Positions 39,401 to 48,998 of a stretch of DNA of 50,570 bases are shown here, piece by piece. The stretch lies in sequence record SRR31156797_11322. One strand, given 5' to 3'. Made by a program: the position numbers and the translations under genes. Below the pieces are notes generated by a model. That model saw nothing but the letters and a program-made list of their open reading frames with translations, was not told where the DNA came from and did not search any database. Each line of letters starts with the position of its first letter. The stretch's first letter is position 1.

Positions 39401-39989
39401 GTCCTGAGGAAGCATAATAAAATCTTACATTTGGTAAAGCATTTGGGTATGGACTCCATCCAGAAGTAGCTGGAAAGGCATCGTCATTACCGGTAACTTT
39501 TACTAAATCTCCGGTTATATCTGTTGCATAAAAATTACTATACGAAGAATTACCATGCTCATTGATAAAATATATTACAAGATTATCTGTACCATTATAA
39601 TCAAACGTCGTTGTAAAATTCAAATCAATCCACTCACCAGTAAGTTCCCCTGAAGAAACAATATCTCCTGCATACACTAATGTTAAATCAACTGATGCAG
39701 TATCTTCATAAGATCCATCCAAAGAAGCATTGGATGTATGTTTCACATAAATTTTTTGGTTATTAAGTGTTCCTGAAAACCCATCTACCTGAAGTGCAAT
39801 GCCACTTATAGTTATGGCATCACCTAATTGAGTAGAAGTATAAAGTGCTTTACTCCAGGAATAATTCCAGGCAGTATATGGCATACTGGAACTTGAAGTT
39901 CCATCACCAATTTGTACATATGACTGGGCTGATGCAAATGTAATTTTCATCAACATCAAATAAATGGAAATTAATTTCTTAAATAACAT
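36474..39989 (-). CDS. T9SS-secreted multi-domain protein (FN3-like, cleaved-adhesin/choice-of-anchor-J-like and Ig-like domains, type A CTD)
   Basis: C-terminal KIYPNPVKD...SNAMGQIV...ASGVYFV..., LDDWLFTNPL...IDDV adhesin motif, two P..P...YW+VA...W.F.T...FP..+DF repeats, acidic composition. Confidence 0.88.
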   Translation of the reverse strand: MLFKKLISIYLMLMKITFASAQSYVQIGDGTSSSSMPYTAWNYSWSKALYTSTQLGDAITISGIALQVDGFSGTLNNQKIYVKHTSNASLDGSYEDTASVDLTLVYAGDIVSSGELTGEWIDLNFTTTFDYNGTDNLVIYFINEHGNSSYSNFYATDITGDLVKVTGNDDAFPATSGWSPYPNALPNVRFYYASSGPATPTNPSPGENMEFVDAETQLSFDLDETTTSFDVYFSKNQSDVSGMIASALVADDEAATGAGPYTVSVTDSLLDSKSTYFWKVVASDGTNTSASPVWSFETQKIISDFPYNQDFEGGDDVVFHIYGPEYSDWHWANDLDWSDRGSYAQNGDSCAYISPAFLDEGVEYELRTPRFNLPDNSQISFWWFNGDSVPGGRLANIDSTYFQVSVDGANTWETLAVLSPAEAQEQYQQELIDLSSYNGDNMYMRWVYKLIDYASYPKNTYLDNIEVKQITNDPEIALSTSSIDFDAICIDGFNSAQVVITNNNLTYDLVITGVTAEAGFSCDFSGTIAGGESDTATIIFEPTSSDVFNGTATFEIDGSFTGSNTIALTGSGVEPLTSIFEYFDATPVGQIPTGWHSISDPDYMFHFVQVKTGVTGEYNSPPNVLRIYNGDEFEYPLMAILPGVSGFETNELQFYAVKSAMEPIALYVGVMDNPFDASTFEVVDTIWVEQEIAQYTVTFPSSNTKPYIALSHGMNDSVISSIRVDDVVWKDPNSVSVPNAAGNVFPIHESNDIDIMTDVLFAWSNEGGEPTGYRMSLGTTVAANEIVNNNDVGNVTSFAYDGTLDYNTTYYWKIVAYNENGDAENTETWEFTTMENPLINSFPWFEDFNDYTLHLTTGGDYRYPMGWSIENNNSQYYCWDKLSNNANSPNNAYSDSVAMHIINFSFSEPLDDWLFTNPLYLEEGNQYELSFWYKTSEFPGDATVEKMQVKWGTDNTSASMFETPLFYDDNITVRNYTNYTTIISPEETGEYYVGFHAFSEPMQWILHIDDVQVSTVQGGSVTFIVNGDSSPMEGAEINIDGNVLTTDVAGEASIALENGTYAYTVTADGFGTENGDVTIENNDVTEVVDMTDLNDLASIGFKIYPNPVKDKIYINGQGEFTVSVSNAMGQIVSSQLASGSTVLDMSNTASGVYFVTIKSNNSIITERILVE

Positions 39990-40173
39990 AAATAGTTTTT
40001 TTAGGTTTTTACATTTGACTTACTACTATAACCGTTTCTTTTTGACCTAAATAGATAGGTTGGTAATTTCAAATTGAGTAGCATTTAGATAGTAGCAATA
40101 AATCTATTTTTAATTTCCATCAATAATACTAGATAGAATCATCCGATTAATAGGGGGAAACCCTTAAATTTTA

Positions 40174-40181
40174 TAAATTTG
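40174..40181 (+). promoter_or_regulatory. -7 promoter element for the histidine kinase gene
   Basis: TAAATTTG contains the TTG at 40179, supporting ATG 40206 as the start. Confidence 0.5.
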
Positions 40182-40205
40182 CTCATTAACCTTTACCGTG
40201 TTTTA

Positions 40206-42227
40206 ATGAAATATCTATTTGTCATAATTATAATCTGGATAATCCCCTCCAAATTGCTTATTGGACAAAATCAAAAATCAAATGCTATAAATATTTACAA
40301 AATAGCTGACAGTCTATATAAAGCAGAAAATGAAAAATCAGCCAGAGATACCCTCTTTGCCCTTTTACCGCACTTTAATGAAATTAAAAACGACACGCTC
40401 GAAAGCAAAATTTTAGCGCTTTTTGGTCATCTACAAAAAAATATTGGAAATGATACTGTGAGCATCAATAAGTTTATGCAAAGCTTATCCGAAAAACAGA
40501 TTAACGATTATTTAGGTGCGATTAAAGCCATGGGTGTTTATTTTTTTGAGAAGGAAAACTACCCAAAAGCATTAAGCTATTACAGAAAACTTCTGCTATT
40601 CTCTGCCAACACTAAAAATAAAAAAATGCATGCAGAAGCTAATTACTATTTAGGTGAGGTTTTTCTTACTATGCAGAACACTCAAAAAGCAAAAGATTAT
40701 CTTTTAAAAGCACTTGCATATGCTAAAACAAAAGATGATTCGAAGCTATTGATCAATATCTACAATAGAATGGGTGAAATTTATAGAATAGCATCCAACA
40801 ATGATTCAGCTATTTATTATTACACCAAAACGATTGAAATTGCAAAAACCACCTCTTCACCTGTAAATCAAATTATTGCCAACAGTAATCTTTCTAAAAT
40901 AATGGAAAAACAGGGAAATCTTGTGGAAGCTCTGGTTTATTTGAGAAGAGCTGTTAATCTGGCTAAAATGAATCAAAAAGAGCAGCTTTCGCAGTTGTAC
41001 TTTGATATGGCTAACATTTATAAAAATTCAGGTGATATTAACAATGCTATTCAGTTTTACAAAATAAGTCTGTCAAATGCAGATAAAACGAATAATATTC
41101 ATGTTGCAATAGAATCATCCAAGGTTTTAGGTAAAATTTACATGAATAGCAATAAAGCACTGGCCGCCTCATATCTAAATAGGGCCATAAAACAAACCGA
41201 CAGTTTAATGAAATTAAACAGCATGAAAGAACTTGCGCGGTATGAGGCCCAGTATAATCTAATGCAAAAGGAACAGGAAATTACATTGCTGGATAGAGAT
41301 AAAAAATTAAATCAAGCTAAACTTGAAAATCAAAGATTTAGAAACAGTGTTTATTTTGGCGGTATTATCGTTTTAGTAATTTTAGTGGGGTTTTTACTCT
41401 ATCACATATCTTCCAGAATCAAAAAAAATAAAATATTATCCGCTCAAAATCTAAAAATTAACGAGCAAAACGAAGAGTTAAGTCAAATCAATCAGCAGCT
41501 AAGTGAATCAGAACAAAAACTAATTCAGGCTTTATCTGTAAAAAATAAGCTTTTTACAATCATAGGTCACGATTTAAAGAGTCCATTGATTGATATTAAA
41601 AACCTTATTTTTATATTAAAAAGCAATGCCCAGCAATTTAGTGAAGATGATTTAAAAGGTCATACTGCCCAAATTGAAAACAGGTTAATCACACTCCTGG
41701 AATTACTAAACAATTTACTTAATTGGGGACTTACAGAAAAGCAAGCCTTACAATACACTCCCGAAAAGATATCAATTAACAAATTAATAGATAATACCAT
41801 AAACCTTTTTGAAGGTCAATCATTATTAAAAAACTTAACCTTCAAAATGCAAGTCCCCGATAATCAAAGTTGGACTACAGATCATAATATGTTAGAGTTC
41901 ACCTTGAGAAATATCGTTTCAAATGCGATAAAGTTTTCTCCTCAAAATGCTGAAATAAAAATCACAGTTGAACATACTGACAAGAAACTTATCATTTCAA
42001 TAAAAGACAACGGAATTGGTATGGATAATGAGCAACTATCAAAAATCTTTATCCAGACTTCAGATAAAGTGCGTAGAGGAACAAATAATGAAAAAGGAAC
42101 AGGTTTAGGGATGGCTCTTGCTCATGAATTTACGTCGCAAATGAATGGTAAAATCGATATAAAAAGCGCAGCTGGAGAAGGAACAATAGTTTCTTTAATA
42201 TTACCTGAAAATGGGCAAAAAGTGTAG
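40206..42227 (+). CDS. TPR-containing sensor histidine kinase
   Basis: TPR repeats, TM, H box IIGHDLKSP, N box RNIVSNAIKFS, DNGIGM, GTGLGM. Confidence 0.92.
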   Translation: MKYLFVIIIIWIIPSKLLIGQNQKSNAINIYKIADSLYKAENEKSARDTLFALLPHFNEIKNDTLESKILALFGHLQKNIGNDTVSINKFMQSLSEKQINDYLGAIKAMGVYFFEKENYPKALSYYRKLLLFSANTKNKKMHAEANYYLGEVFLTMQNTQKAKDYLLKALAYAKTKDDSKLLINIYNRMGEIYRIASNNDSAIYYYTKTIEIAKTTSSPVNQIIANSNLSKIMEKQGNLVEALVYLRRAVNLAKMNQKEQLSQLYFDMANIYKNSGDINNAIQFYKISLSNADKTNNIHVAIESSKVLGKIYMNSNKALAASYLNRAIKQTDSLMKLNSMKELARYEAQYNLMQKEQEITLLDRDKKLNQAKLENQRFRNSVYFGGIIVLVILVGFLLYHISSRIKKNKILSAQNLKINEQNEELSQINQQLSESEQKLIQALSVKNKLFTIIGHDLKSPLIDIKNLIFILKSNAQQFSEDDLKGHTAQIENRLITLLELLNNLLNWGLTEKQALQYTPEKISINKLIDNTINLFEGQSLLKNLTFKMQVPDNQSWTTDHNMLEFTLRNIVSNAIKFSPQNAEIKITVEHTDKKLIISIKDNGIGMDNEQLSKIFIQTSDKVRRGTNNEKGTGLGMALAHEFTSQMNGKIDIKSAAGEGTIVSLILPENGQKV

Positions 42228-42253
42228 CTTTGTGTGATATATTTTAAACCCAA

Positions 42254-42931
42254 ATGAAAAAAATACTCATTGCAGATGATCATGCGTTGATACGTGAAGG
42301 AATTAAAACCTTACTGAAAGGTTTTGATCAGTATGAAGTAGTTGGTGAAGCTTCAAATGGTTCAGAATGCATTCAGTTGCTAAAAAAAGAGCCTGTTGAC
42401 ATTATTATGCTTGATATTGATATGCCTGAAAAAAATGGTGTGGAGGTGGGAAAATGGATACGATCTATGCAACTCAACATACAAATTCTATTCATAACCA
42501 GCCACACCGACTTTTTCAGTTTCTTTCAAGCATGGAAACTAAATCCTGCCGGATTCTTATTCAAAGAAAATGCACTGGAAGAACTAACTAACTGTTTGCA
42601 GCAAATTGACAACAATAAAAAGTATTATGCACCTGAAACGTCAATATTCCTGAAAGACAATGAAGAAAAAGTGAAAGCTTATGAAGTGATATATGAAAAA
42701 ATGCAGCTGCTCTCTGCAAAAGAAAAACAAATCTTACTTTATATTGCTGAAAATAAAACAACTAACGATATAGCCGAGGCACTTTTTAATAGCTATAAAA
42801 CCATTGAAAACCATAGATATAACATAGCAAAAAAGTTAGAAATTAGTGGATCAAATAACCTAATGCGCTTCGCATTAAACAATTATGATATTATTAAATC
42901 TCTGGTATCAGATCAAATTGGAAACCTTTAA
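42254..42931 (+). CDS. NarL/LuxR family response regulator
   Basis: IADDH, MLDIDMP, FLFKE, LSAKEKQIL...IAEALFNSYKTIENHRYNIAKKL. Confidence 0.93.
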   Translation: MKKILIADDHALIREGIKTLLKGFDQYEVVGEASNGSECIQLLKKEPVDIIMLDIDMPEKNGVEVGKWIRSMQLNIQILFITSHTDFFSFFQAWKLNPAGFLFKENALEELTNCLQQIDNNKKYYAPETSIFLKDNEEKVKAYEVIYEKMQLLSAKEKQILLYIAENKTTNDIAEALFNSYKTIENHRYNIAKKLEISGSNNLMRFALNNYDIIKSLVSDQIGNL

Positions 42932-44070
42932 TAATCAGGTGTCGATTTTTTTAGTTTACGAATAAAAAATGATTCTGAGAAAATAAGGTGTATACCCCAA
43001 GCATAACTCAAATCAGTTTCATTAATATCATAAAATGCATCAGCTTCCAGTACCAGACGCACGCTATTTTTTATTGGCAGATTAAATAAAAATCTACCTT
43101 CAATAAGTTTTCTAATGGCAAATGTCTGTCCCGGATTACTATAAGAAATACTTTGGTAAATCCTCTGCCCTTTAGGTGAAATAAACTTATAACCATGCCA
43201 ATAACCAAAACTCAACAGACTTTCTTTATAACCCAAATTAAATCTTGCCAAACCACCTTGGCCAACTTTGTATTCTTGTAAAGAATTTGAAGTGGCTTCT
43301 CTGTAGCCTAGATAATAACCACTTACTCCATAAGTCCAATCAGCTACTTTTTTTGTGATATTAATTCCTGATGCACCATTCATCAATGTTTGTATCAGAT
43401 TATCAGATGAATCAATCTCTCCCCCCTGATGATGGTAAGTAAACTGAACTGGTATTGATATACTTAGACTCTCATTATTAAGTATAGAAAACTCAGCATT
43501 TAAACCAGAAAAAAACTTCTCTTGAAAAGGATCGCTTTCAAAAATATGTGTTTCCCAGTTGATCCATGATTTAACCTTTATTAGCTCATGATTATAATCC
43601 AACATTAGACCTGAAGAAGGTTTCAAGGTATAGAACAGCTCAGGCTCATACATAGGAGCCAACAAATCCATGTTTCTGCTATTATCTAAATTGCCAAAAA
43701 TGATAGATAGATCTTTTATTGGTTTATACTGCAAAGAATAATATGGAAATACTTCCACTCCTTCAATTTCTTCTCTCCCATGATACTTTAATAAATGGGT
43801 TCCAAGCTTAATTCGAAGGTTATAAGCAGGATAATATTCGAATAAAAAACGTCCCCAAAGACCAATTAACGTATAACCATCTAAAATTGGAGTAGTGTAT
43901 TCATTATTTTTGAAAAAGTTAGCATTCTCAAAACGAAAAAATAAACTTTGAGCTTGCGATCCATCAAACTCGTTCCATGTATTTAAATAGCTATAGTGCT
44001 TTTGCTGTGCTTTTCCATCAATTGAGAAAAACATCACAATTAAACTAAGAATTATTAGTCGATTTAGCAT
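42928..44070 (-). CDS. Putative outer-membrane beta-barrel protein
   Basis: Signal peptide, FFKNNEY, GYTLIG, WINWE, HQGGEID, aromatic-rich strands. Confidence 0.65.
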   Translation of the reverse strand: MLNRLIILSLIVMFFSIDGKAQQKHYSYLNTWNEFDGSQAQSLFFRFENANFFKNNEYTTPILDGYTLIGLWGRFLFEYYPAYNLRIKLGTHLLKYHGREEIEGVEVFPYYSLQYKPIKDLSIIFGNLDNSRNMDLLAPMYEPELFYTLKPSSGLMLDYNHELIKVKSWINWETHIFESDPFQEKFFSGLNAEFSILNNESLSISIPVQFTYHHQGGEIDSSDNLIQTLMNGASGINITKKVADWTYGVSGYYLGYREATSNSLQEYKVGQGGLARFNLGYKESLLSFGYWHGYKFISPKGQRIYQSISYSNPGQTFAIRKLIEGRFLFNLPIKNSVRLVLEADAFYDINETDLSYAWGIHLIFSESFFIRKLKKSTPDY

Positions 44071-44124
44071 TTTGATATTTTATGAAAAATGACCAGAATA
44101 AAAACTTACAATACGTTTTTTTTA

Positions 44125-44132
44125 TAAGTTTG
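44125..44132 (+). promoter_or_regulatory. -7 promoter element
   Basis: TAAGTTTG about 20 bp before ATG 44152. Confidence 0.5.
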
Positions 44133-44151
44133 CACCATTAATTTAACAAAT

Positions 44152-44964
44152 ATGGACATTTTTTTTCACGTAGGACTAGGAAAAACCGGATCAACATACT
44201 TACAACACAAATTTTTCCCCAAGTTAAAAGGTGTAAAATACATACATCACACTAATTACAAAAAGTCAATTGAGATAATTGGCCGCAAAAAGCATGACAG
44301 ATATTTTGTATCCAGAGAGTTCGACCGTCAATTCCTCACTGAAATAAAAAAGTTCTCTGCCGTTTATCCAGATACATATCCTATTATGGTTTTGAGACGT
44401 CACGATGGTTGGATCGCATCACAATACAGGCGTTTCACTAAAAATGGGCGCGGCATATTTTTCAAAGAATTCATTGATATAGACAACAATAAAGGGAGAT
44501 GGGATAAAAAAGAATTGAATTTTTATGAAAAAATAGAGCAATTAGAGGAATTTTTTAATCAAAAGCCTCTTGTGCTATTATATGATGAACTGAGAAAAGA
44601 CCCGATTAGTTTTTTCAAAAAAATAGCTAGCTACACCAATACCACATTTAATCCAAATGCAATTTCATTGGCTCCGAAACATAAATCATATTCAGAAAAG
44701 CAATTGCTCCATGTGAGGCGCATTTCAAGAAAGATGCTTCAAAAAGTTGATGAAAAGAAAATGGATAGTACAAAAAGTGGACGCAGAATGCGGAAAATCA
44801 CAACGCACCTAATCATGTATTTCCATTGGTTATTGCCTTCATCAAAAATTAAAGGCGAAGTACTAATTGATCCAAAAGATTTAGAAGATATCAAGCTTAA
44901 ATATGCTGAAGACTGGCAAAAATGTTTGGATTATATCAATAAGAATTCCCCTAAAATAGATTAG
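44152..44964 (+). CDS. PAPS-dependent sulfotransferase-like protein
   Basis: 5'-PSB-like HVGLGKTGSTYLQ, 3'-PB-like LRRHDGWIASQY, LYDELRKDP. Confidence 0.78.
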   Translation: MDIFFHVGLGKTGSTYLQHKFFPKLKGVKYIHHTNYKKSIEIIGRKKHDRYFVSREFDRQFLTEIKKFSAVYPDTYPIMVLRRHDGWIASQYRRFTKNGRGIFFKEFIDIDNNKGRWDKKELNFYEKIEQLEEFFNQKPLVLLYDELRKDPISFFKKIASYTNTTFNPNAISLAPKHKSYSEKQLLHVRRISRKMLQKVDEKKMDSTKSGRRMRKITTHLIMYFHWLLPSSKIKGEVLIDPKDLEDIKLKYAEDWQKCLDYINKNSPKID

Positions 44965-45809
44965 TCAAGATATACTTTACGGGTTTGCGCAGCATAGTCA
45001 ATACAACGTTGCCAATCATTTGCGTATTCCTCATTTATTTTTGCAATAGCTTCCCTTGGTAATACTTTTTTAGCTTTTTCTTTACCTGGTTCAAGCCATC
45101 CTGACACATAAGCTGTTAGATGAAGAATACCACCACCAAACTTTTTATATAAGAACCGTAGTGTTCTGTTTTTTATACCGGAGTGATCATATTTATACCA
45201 TCGATTAAGCTTTCTTACATAATATAAACTATGTTCACTGTATGATTTTTTTACAGTAGCAATTTTGATATCCTTTTCATTATAGGTAGCTCCAACAAAA
45301 TCAGACAGAATTTTAATGGCTTCCATTGGATGTTTCTGAAATTCTTCCTGAAACATAACCAAAGGTTTTTCTCCATATTGCTCTTCCAGCAATTCAATTT
45401 TTTGATAAAACTGAAGATTTTTGTCTTTTAAGACACCTGTCTCTTTTTGTGGATCAAAATACTCATCAAAAGAACCAGTGCCATGTTTACGCAAATAATA
45501 CTTATACTTAGAACCTACCCAGGAACCATGTCGTCTGAAAACGATAATTGGTTTTGTACCTGAATATTTATCTGCCACACTCTTCATTTTACTGTATCCA
45601 CTTGGACTGTCTAAATCCAATTCAATCGACAAAAGGACAGTCGAATGAGAGGTTGATGAAATTATTTTGTCGCGATCTTTAAAATTATGCTTCTTTACAA
45701 ATCGAATTCCTTTAAAAACCGGAAAAACATTTCGCTGCATAAAAGTGGAAGCCGTTTTAGGAAGCCCTACATGAAAATATATTGTTTTATTTTGATCGCT
45801 TACGGACAT
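44961..45809 (-). CDS. PAPS-dependent sulfotransferase-like protein, paralog of 44152..44964
   Basis: HVGLPKTASTFMQ, FRRHGSWVGSKY, FQEEFQKHP. ATG 45809 preferred, with TATTTTTG at 45832-45839 upstream on the minus strand. Confidence 0.78.
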   Translation of the reverse strand: MSVSDQNKTIYFHVGLPKTASTFMQRNVFPVFKGIRFVKKHNFKDRDKIISSTSHSTVLLSIELDLDSPSGYSKMKSVADKYSGTKPIIVFRRHGSWVGSKYKYYLRKHGTGSFDEYFDPQKETGVLKDKNLQFYQKIELLEEQYGEKPLVMFQEEFQKHPMEAIKILSDFVGATYNEKDIKIATVKKSYSEHSLYYVRKLNRWYKYDHSGIKNRTLRFLYKKFGGGILHLTAYVSGWLEPGKEKAKKVLPREAIAKINEEYANDWQRCIDYAAQTRKVYLD

Positions 45810-45970
45810 ATATAATGAATTAATAACGGCACAAAAATATATTAAAAAAAGTGATTCAGAAAGAATTGATAGAAAAATACATGAATTAACGTCACAAAAC
45901 ATAAAAAAATATTGCAGAAAAGCTTCTATTGCACGCAATTTGCTACTTTTGCCTTAAATTTTCAGTTTCA

Positions 45971-47095
45971 ATGAATATTAAAACCCTCGTAATAAGTTCA
46001 TTCTCTGGCAGTGGAATTTCAGACAGAGCACAAATTGCAGCACTAATTGGTCTAACCCAAAAAGGAGTGCAGATGCATTTCTTAATGAATGAAAACTCAC
46101 CGCAGGCATCATTTTTTCAAGAACAGGGAATTCCTTTCACGTCATATACAATCAAAGGAAAGTTTGACAAAAAGGCAGTTCAAATCATCCGGAACATTGT
46201 AAAAGAAAAAGATATTGATATTATTCATTGCTTCAATAATAATGCAACCAGCAATGCAGTGCAAGCTGCAAAAAAACTTAATGTTAAGATAGTAAGCTAC
46301 AGAGGATTTACTGGTCATGTACATTGGTACAAACCAACCTCATTAATGAATAATTTACATCCTAGAGTAAGCAGAATTGCATGTGTTAGTAATGCGGTAA
46401 GGGACCAGGTCAGAAGTCAATTATGGCGCAAAAAACATAAGGCCATAACTATTTACAAAGGACACAACATGGAATGGTACGAAAATATTACACCAACAAA
46501 ACGTAATGAATTAGGCGTACCTGAAGATGCTTTTTTAGTTGGCATTGTTGCTAATATAAGACCTATGAAAGGAGTTAAATACTTCATAGAGGCGGCAAAT
46601 TATCTGGCAGATCATAAAGATATTCACTTTGTTTTGATTGGCCGAGGTATGGATTCTGATAAAATTAAGAAACTTATTGCTGAAACTCCATTGCAAAATA
46701 ATTTTCATTGCTTTGGATTTAGAAAAGATGTGCTGGAAGATGTTGCCTCTTTTGATATAGGTGTAAACAGTTCCATTAAAGGCGAAGGACTCTCTAAGAC
46801 AACAATAGAAGCAATGAGTTTAAAAAAACCGGTAATTGCAACTGAAGCTGGCGGAAATCCGGAATTGGTAATAAATAAAAAAACCGGACTTCTGATCCCA
46901 ATTAAATCTCCCAAAGCAATTGCTGATGCAATTTTAACTTATAAAAACGACCCGGCACTTCAAGAACAAATGTCTGAAGCCGGCTACAAACACATAGCAG
47001 ATAACTTTACTGTACAAAACACAGTAGAAGAAACATTAGCAATGTATATGACCCTTAAAACCGAATTGAATAAACCTGCAATTAAAAGAAATTAA
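45971..47095 (+). CDS. GT4 family glycosyltransferase
   Basis: IACVSNAV, VANIRPMKG, FGFRKDV, EGLSKTTIEAM (Ex7E), GGNPELV. TACTTTTG at 45944-45951 upstream. Confidence 0.9.
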   Translation: MNIKTLVISSFSGSGISDRAQIAALIGLTQKGVQMHFLMNENSPQASFFQEQGIPFTSYTIKGKFDKKAVQIIRNIVKEKDIDIIHCFNNNATSNAVQAAKKLNVKIVSYRGFTGHVHWYKPTSLMNNLHPRVSRIACVSNAVRDQVRSQLWRKKHKAITIYKGHNMEWYENITPTKRNELGVPEDAFLVGIVANIRPMKGVKYFIEAANYLADHKDIHFVLIGRGMDSDKIKKLIAETPLQNNFHCFGFRKDVLEDVASFDIGVNSSIKGEGLSKTTIEAMSLKKPVIATEAGGNPELVINKKTGLLIPIKSPKAIADAILTYKNDPALQEQMSEAGYKHIADNFTVQNTVEETLAMYMTLKTELNKPAIKRN

Positions 47096-47099
47096 ACAC

Positions 47100-48920
47100 A
47101 TGAAATATTTCGGAGAATTTTTACGATATAGTATTCCATATAATTGGAGATTAATTATTAGTGTTATACTAAATATTTTTGCAACACTTTTTGCTGTTGG
47201 TTCTTTTACCATGGCAATTCCTTTTCTGGAAATACTGTTCGAACAACAAGAAATTATTGCGGATCCTGTGCCATTTGCCTTTACAAAGGATGCGATTTTA
47301 GGCAACTTCAACTATTTTTTGAGTTCAATTATTCAAGAACATGGTAAACATACTGCGCTATTGGCTGTGAGTTTAATGGTAGTTGGTGCTATTTTCTTTA
47401 AAAGTTTATTTCATTACCTGGCCAATTACATCATAGTGCCAATGAGAACAGGTATGATAAGGGATATCAGAAATAATTTGTATAAAAAAATCATTTATTT
47501 GCCAATGCGTTTTTTCTCCGATGAACGAAAAGGCGATCTTATCTCCAGAATGATTGGAGATGTTAAAGAACTTGAAGGATCAGTGGTAAACTCTTTACAA
47601 AAAACACTAAAATCTCCAATAGAACTTATCACTTATCTTTCTGCACTTTTTATAATGAGTACTCAATTAACACTAATTGTTATTGTGTTATTACCTATTA
47701 GTGGCTTGGTTATTAGCAGAATAGCAAAAAACCTTCGTAAAAAGGCTGTAAAAGGTCAGAGAAGATTAGGAAATCTTTTAATAAATGTTGAAGAGTCATT
47801 ATTTGGTATTCGAATAATTAAAGCGTTTACTGCTGAGGAAAAAGCTAAAACTCGCTTTAATAATGAGAACGAGAGCTATACAAAAATTATGAACAAAGTG
47901 TTATGGAAAAAATTTTTAGCTCATCCCGTAAGCGAAACAATGGGTTCAATTGTCATCATTTTGGTTATGTGGTATGGAGGAAAAATGGTATTAGATAATA
48001 CTTCTACATTAAGTCCTGAAACCTTTATTGCATACATCCTTCTTTTCACACAAATTCTGACACCTGCAAAAGCATTGTCAAACTTATATTTCGATATTAA
48101 TAAAGGAATGGCAGCATTTGAAAGAGTAAGAGAAGTTCTGATTGCCGATGAGTCAATAAGAGATCATGAAAATGCAGTTGAGATTAAAAGCTTTGAAGAA
48201 AACATTGAATATAAAAATGTTAGCTTTAAATACAATGATCATTCAGAGGTATTAAGTAATGTCAATTTAAAAATACCTAAAGGAAAAACTGTAGCATTAG
48301 TTGGACAAAGTGGTGCAGGTAAATCGACACTGGTAGACCTTCTACCCCGATTTTATGACATTGAGCAAGGAGAAATATGCATTGATAATATCAATATTAA
48401 AGATCTCCAAATTAGATCAATGCGACAGTTAATCGGAATTGTTAGTCAGGAACAAATATTATTTAACGATACTATTTTTAACAATATCGCTTTTGGGGTT
48501 GATAATCCGAATGAAGAAGATGTTATCAATGCTGCTAAAGTAGCCAATGCCCATGACTTTATAATGCAAACCGAACATGGTTATGATACAAATATTGGAG
48601 ATAGAGGTAGTAAATTAAGTGGCGGTCAAAGACAGCGATTAACAATTGCCCGAGCTATACTTGTTAACCCGCCAATCTTAATTTTAGACGAAGCAACTTC
48701 TGCATTAGATGTTGAATCTGAAAAACTTGTACAACAAGCATTGGATAACTTGATGAAAAACCGAACATCAATTGTAATAGCCCATAGATTATCAACCGTT
48801 AAAAATGCAGACCTTGTATGTGTAATGCGTGACGGACGAATAATTGAACAAGGTGTTCACGATGAACTATTAAAAAATGGTGGCGCATTCAAAGAATTAT
48901 ACGAGCAGCAAATGAGCTAG
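47100..48920 (+). CDS. MsbA-like ABC exporter (fused permease/ATPase)
   Basis: TM domain, GQSGAGKST, LSGGQRQR, ILDEATSALD, IAHRLST. Confidence 0.92.
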   Translation: MKYFGEFLRYSIPYNWRLIISVILNIFATLFAVGSFTMAIPFLEILFEQQEIIADPVPFAFTKDAILGNFNYFLSSIIQEHGKHTALLAVSLMVVGAIFFKSLFHYLANYIIVPMRTGMIRDIRNNLYKKIIYLPMRFFSDERKGDLISRMIGDVKELEGSVVNSLQKTLKSPIELITYLSALFIMSTQLTLIVIVLLPISGLVISRIAKNLRKKAVKGQRRLGNLLINVEESLFGIRIIKAFTAEEKAKTRFNNENESYTKIMNKVLWKKFLAHPVSETMGSIVIILVMWYGGKMVLDNTSTLSPETFIAYILLFTQILTPAKALSNLYFDINKGMAAFERVREVLIADESIRDHENAVEIKSFEENIEYKNVSFKYNDHSEVLSNVNLKIPKGKTVALVGQSGAGKSTLVDLLPRFYDIEQGEICIDNINIKDLQIRSMRQLIGIVSQEQILFNDTIFNNIAFGVDNPNEEDVINAAKVANAHDFIMQTEHGYDTNIGDRGSKLSGGQRQRLTIARAILVNPPILILDEATSALDVESEKLVQQALDNLMKNRTSIVIAHRLSTVKNADLVCVMRDGRIIEQGVHDELLKNGGAFKELYEQQMS

Positions 48921-48965
48921 ATACATAGCTCATTTATAAATGCAATGATCAATATTAAATATTTC

Positions 48966-48998
48966 AAAACGATCACTAAGTAATATAGTGATCGTTTT
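48966..48998. terminator. Bidirectional terminator
   Basis: AAAACGATCACTA-agtaata-TAGTGATCGTTTT. Confidence 0.85.

Noticed and set aside
142-47311. Short alternative-frame and antisense ORFs in the track (e.g. 142..447, 2197..2508, 14207..14579, 18896..19243, 35107..35394, 47036..47311)
   Set aside because: They are nested in or opposite well-supported genes and carry no recognisable motifs, so they are treated as shadow ORFs.
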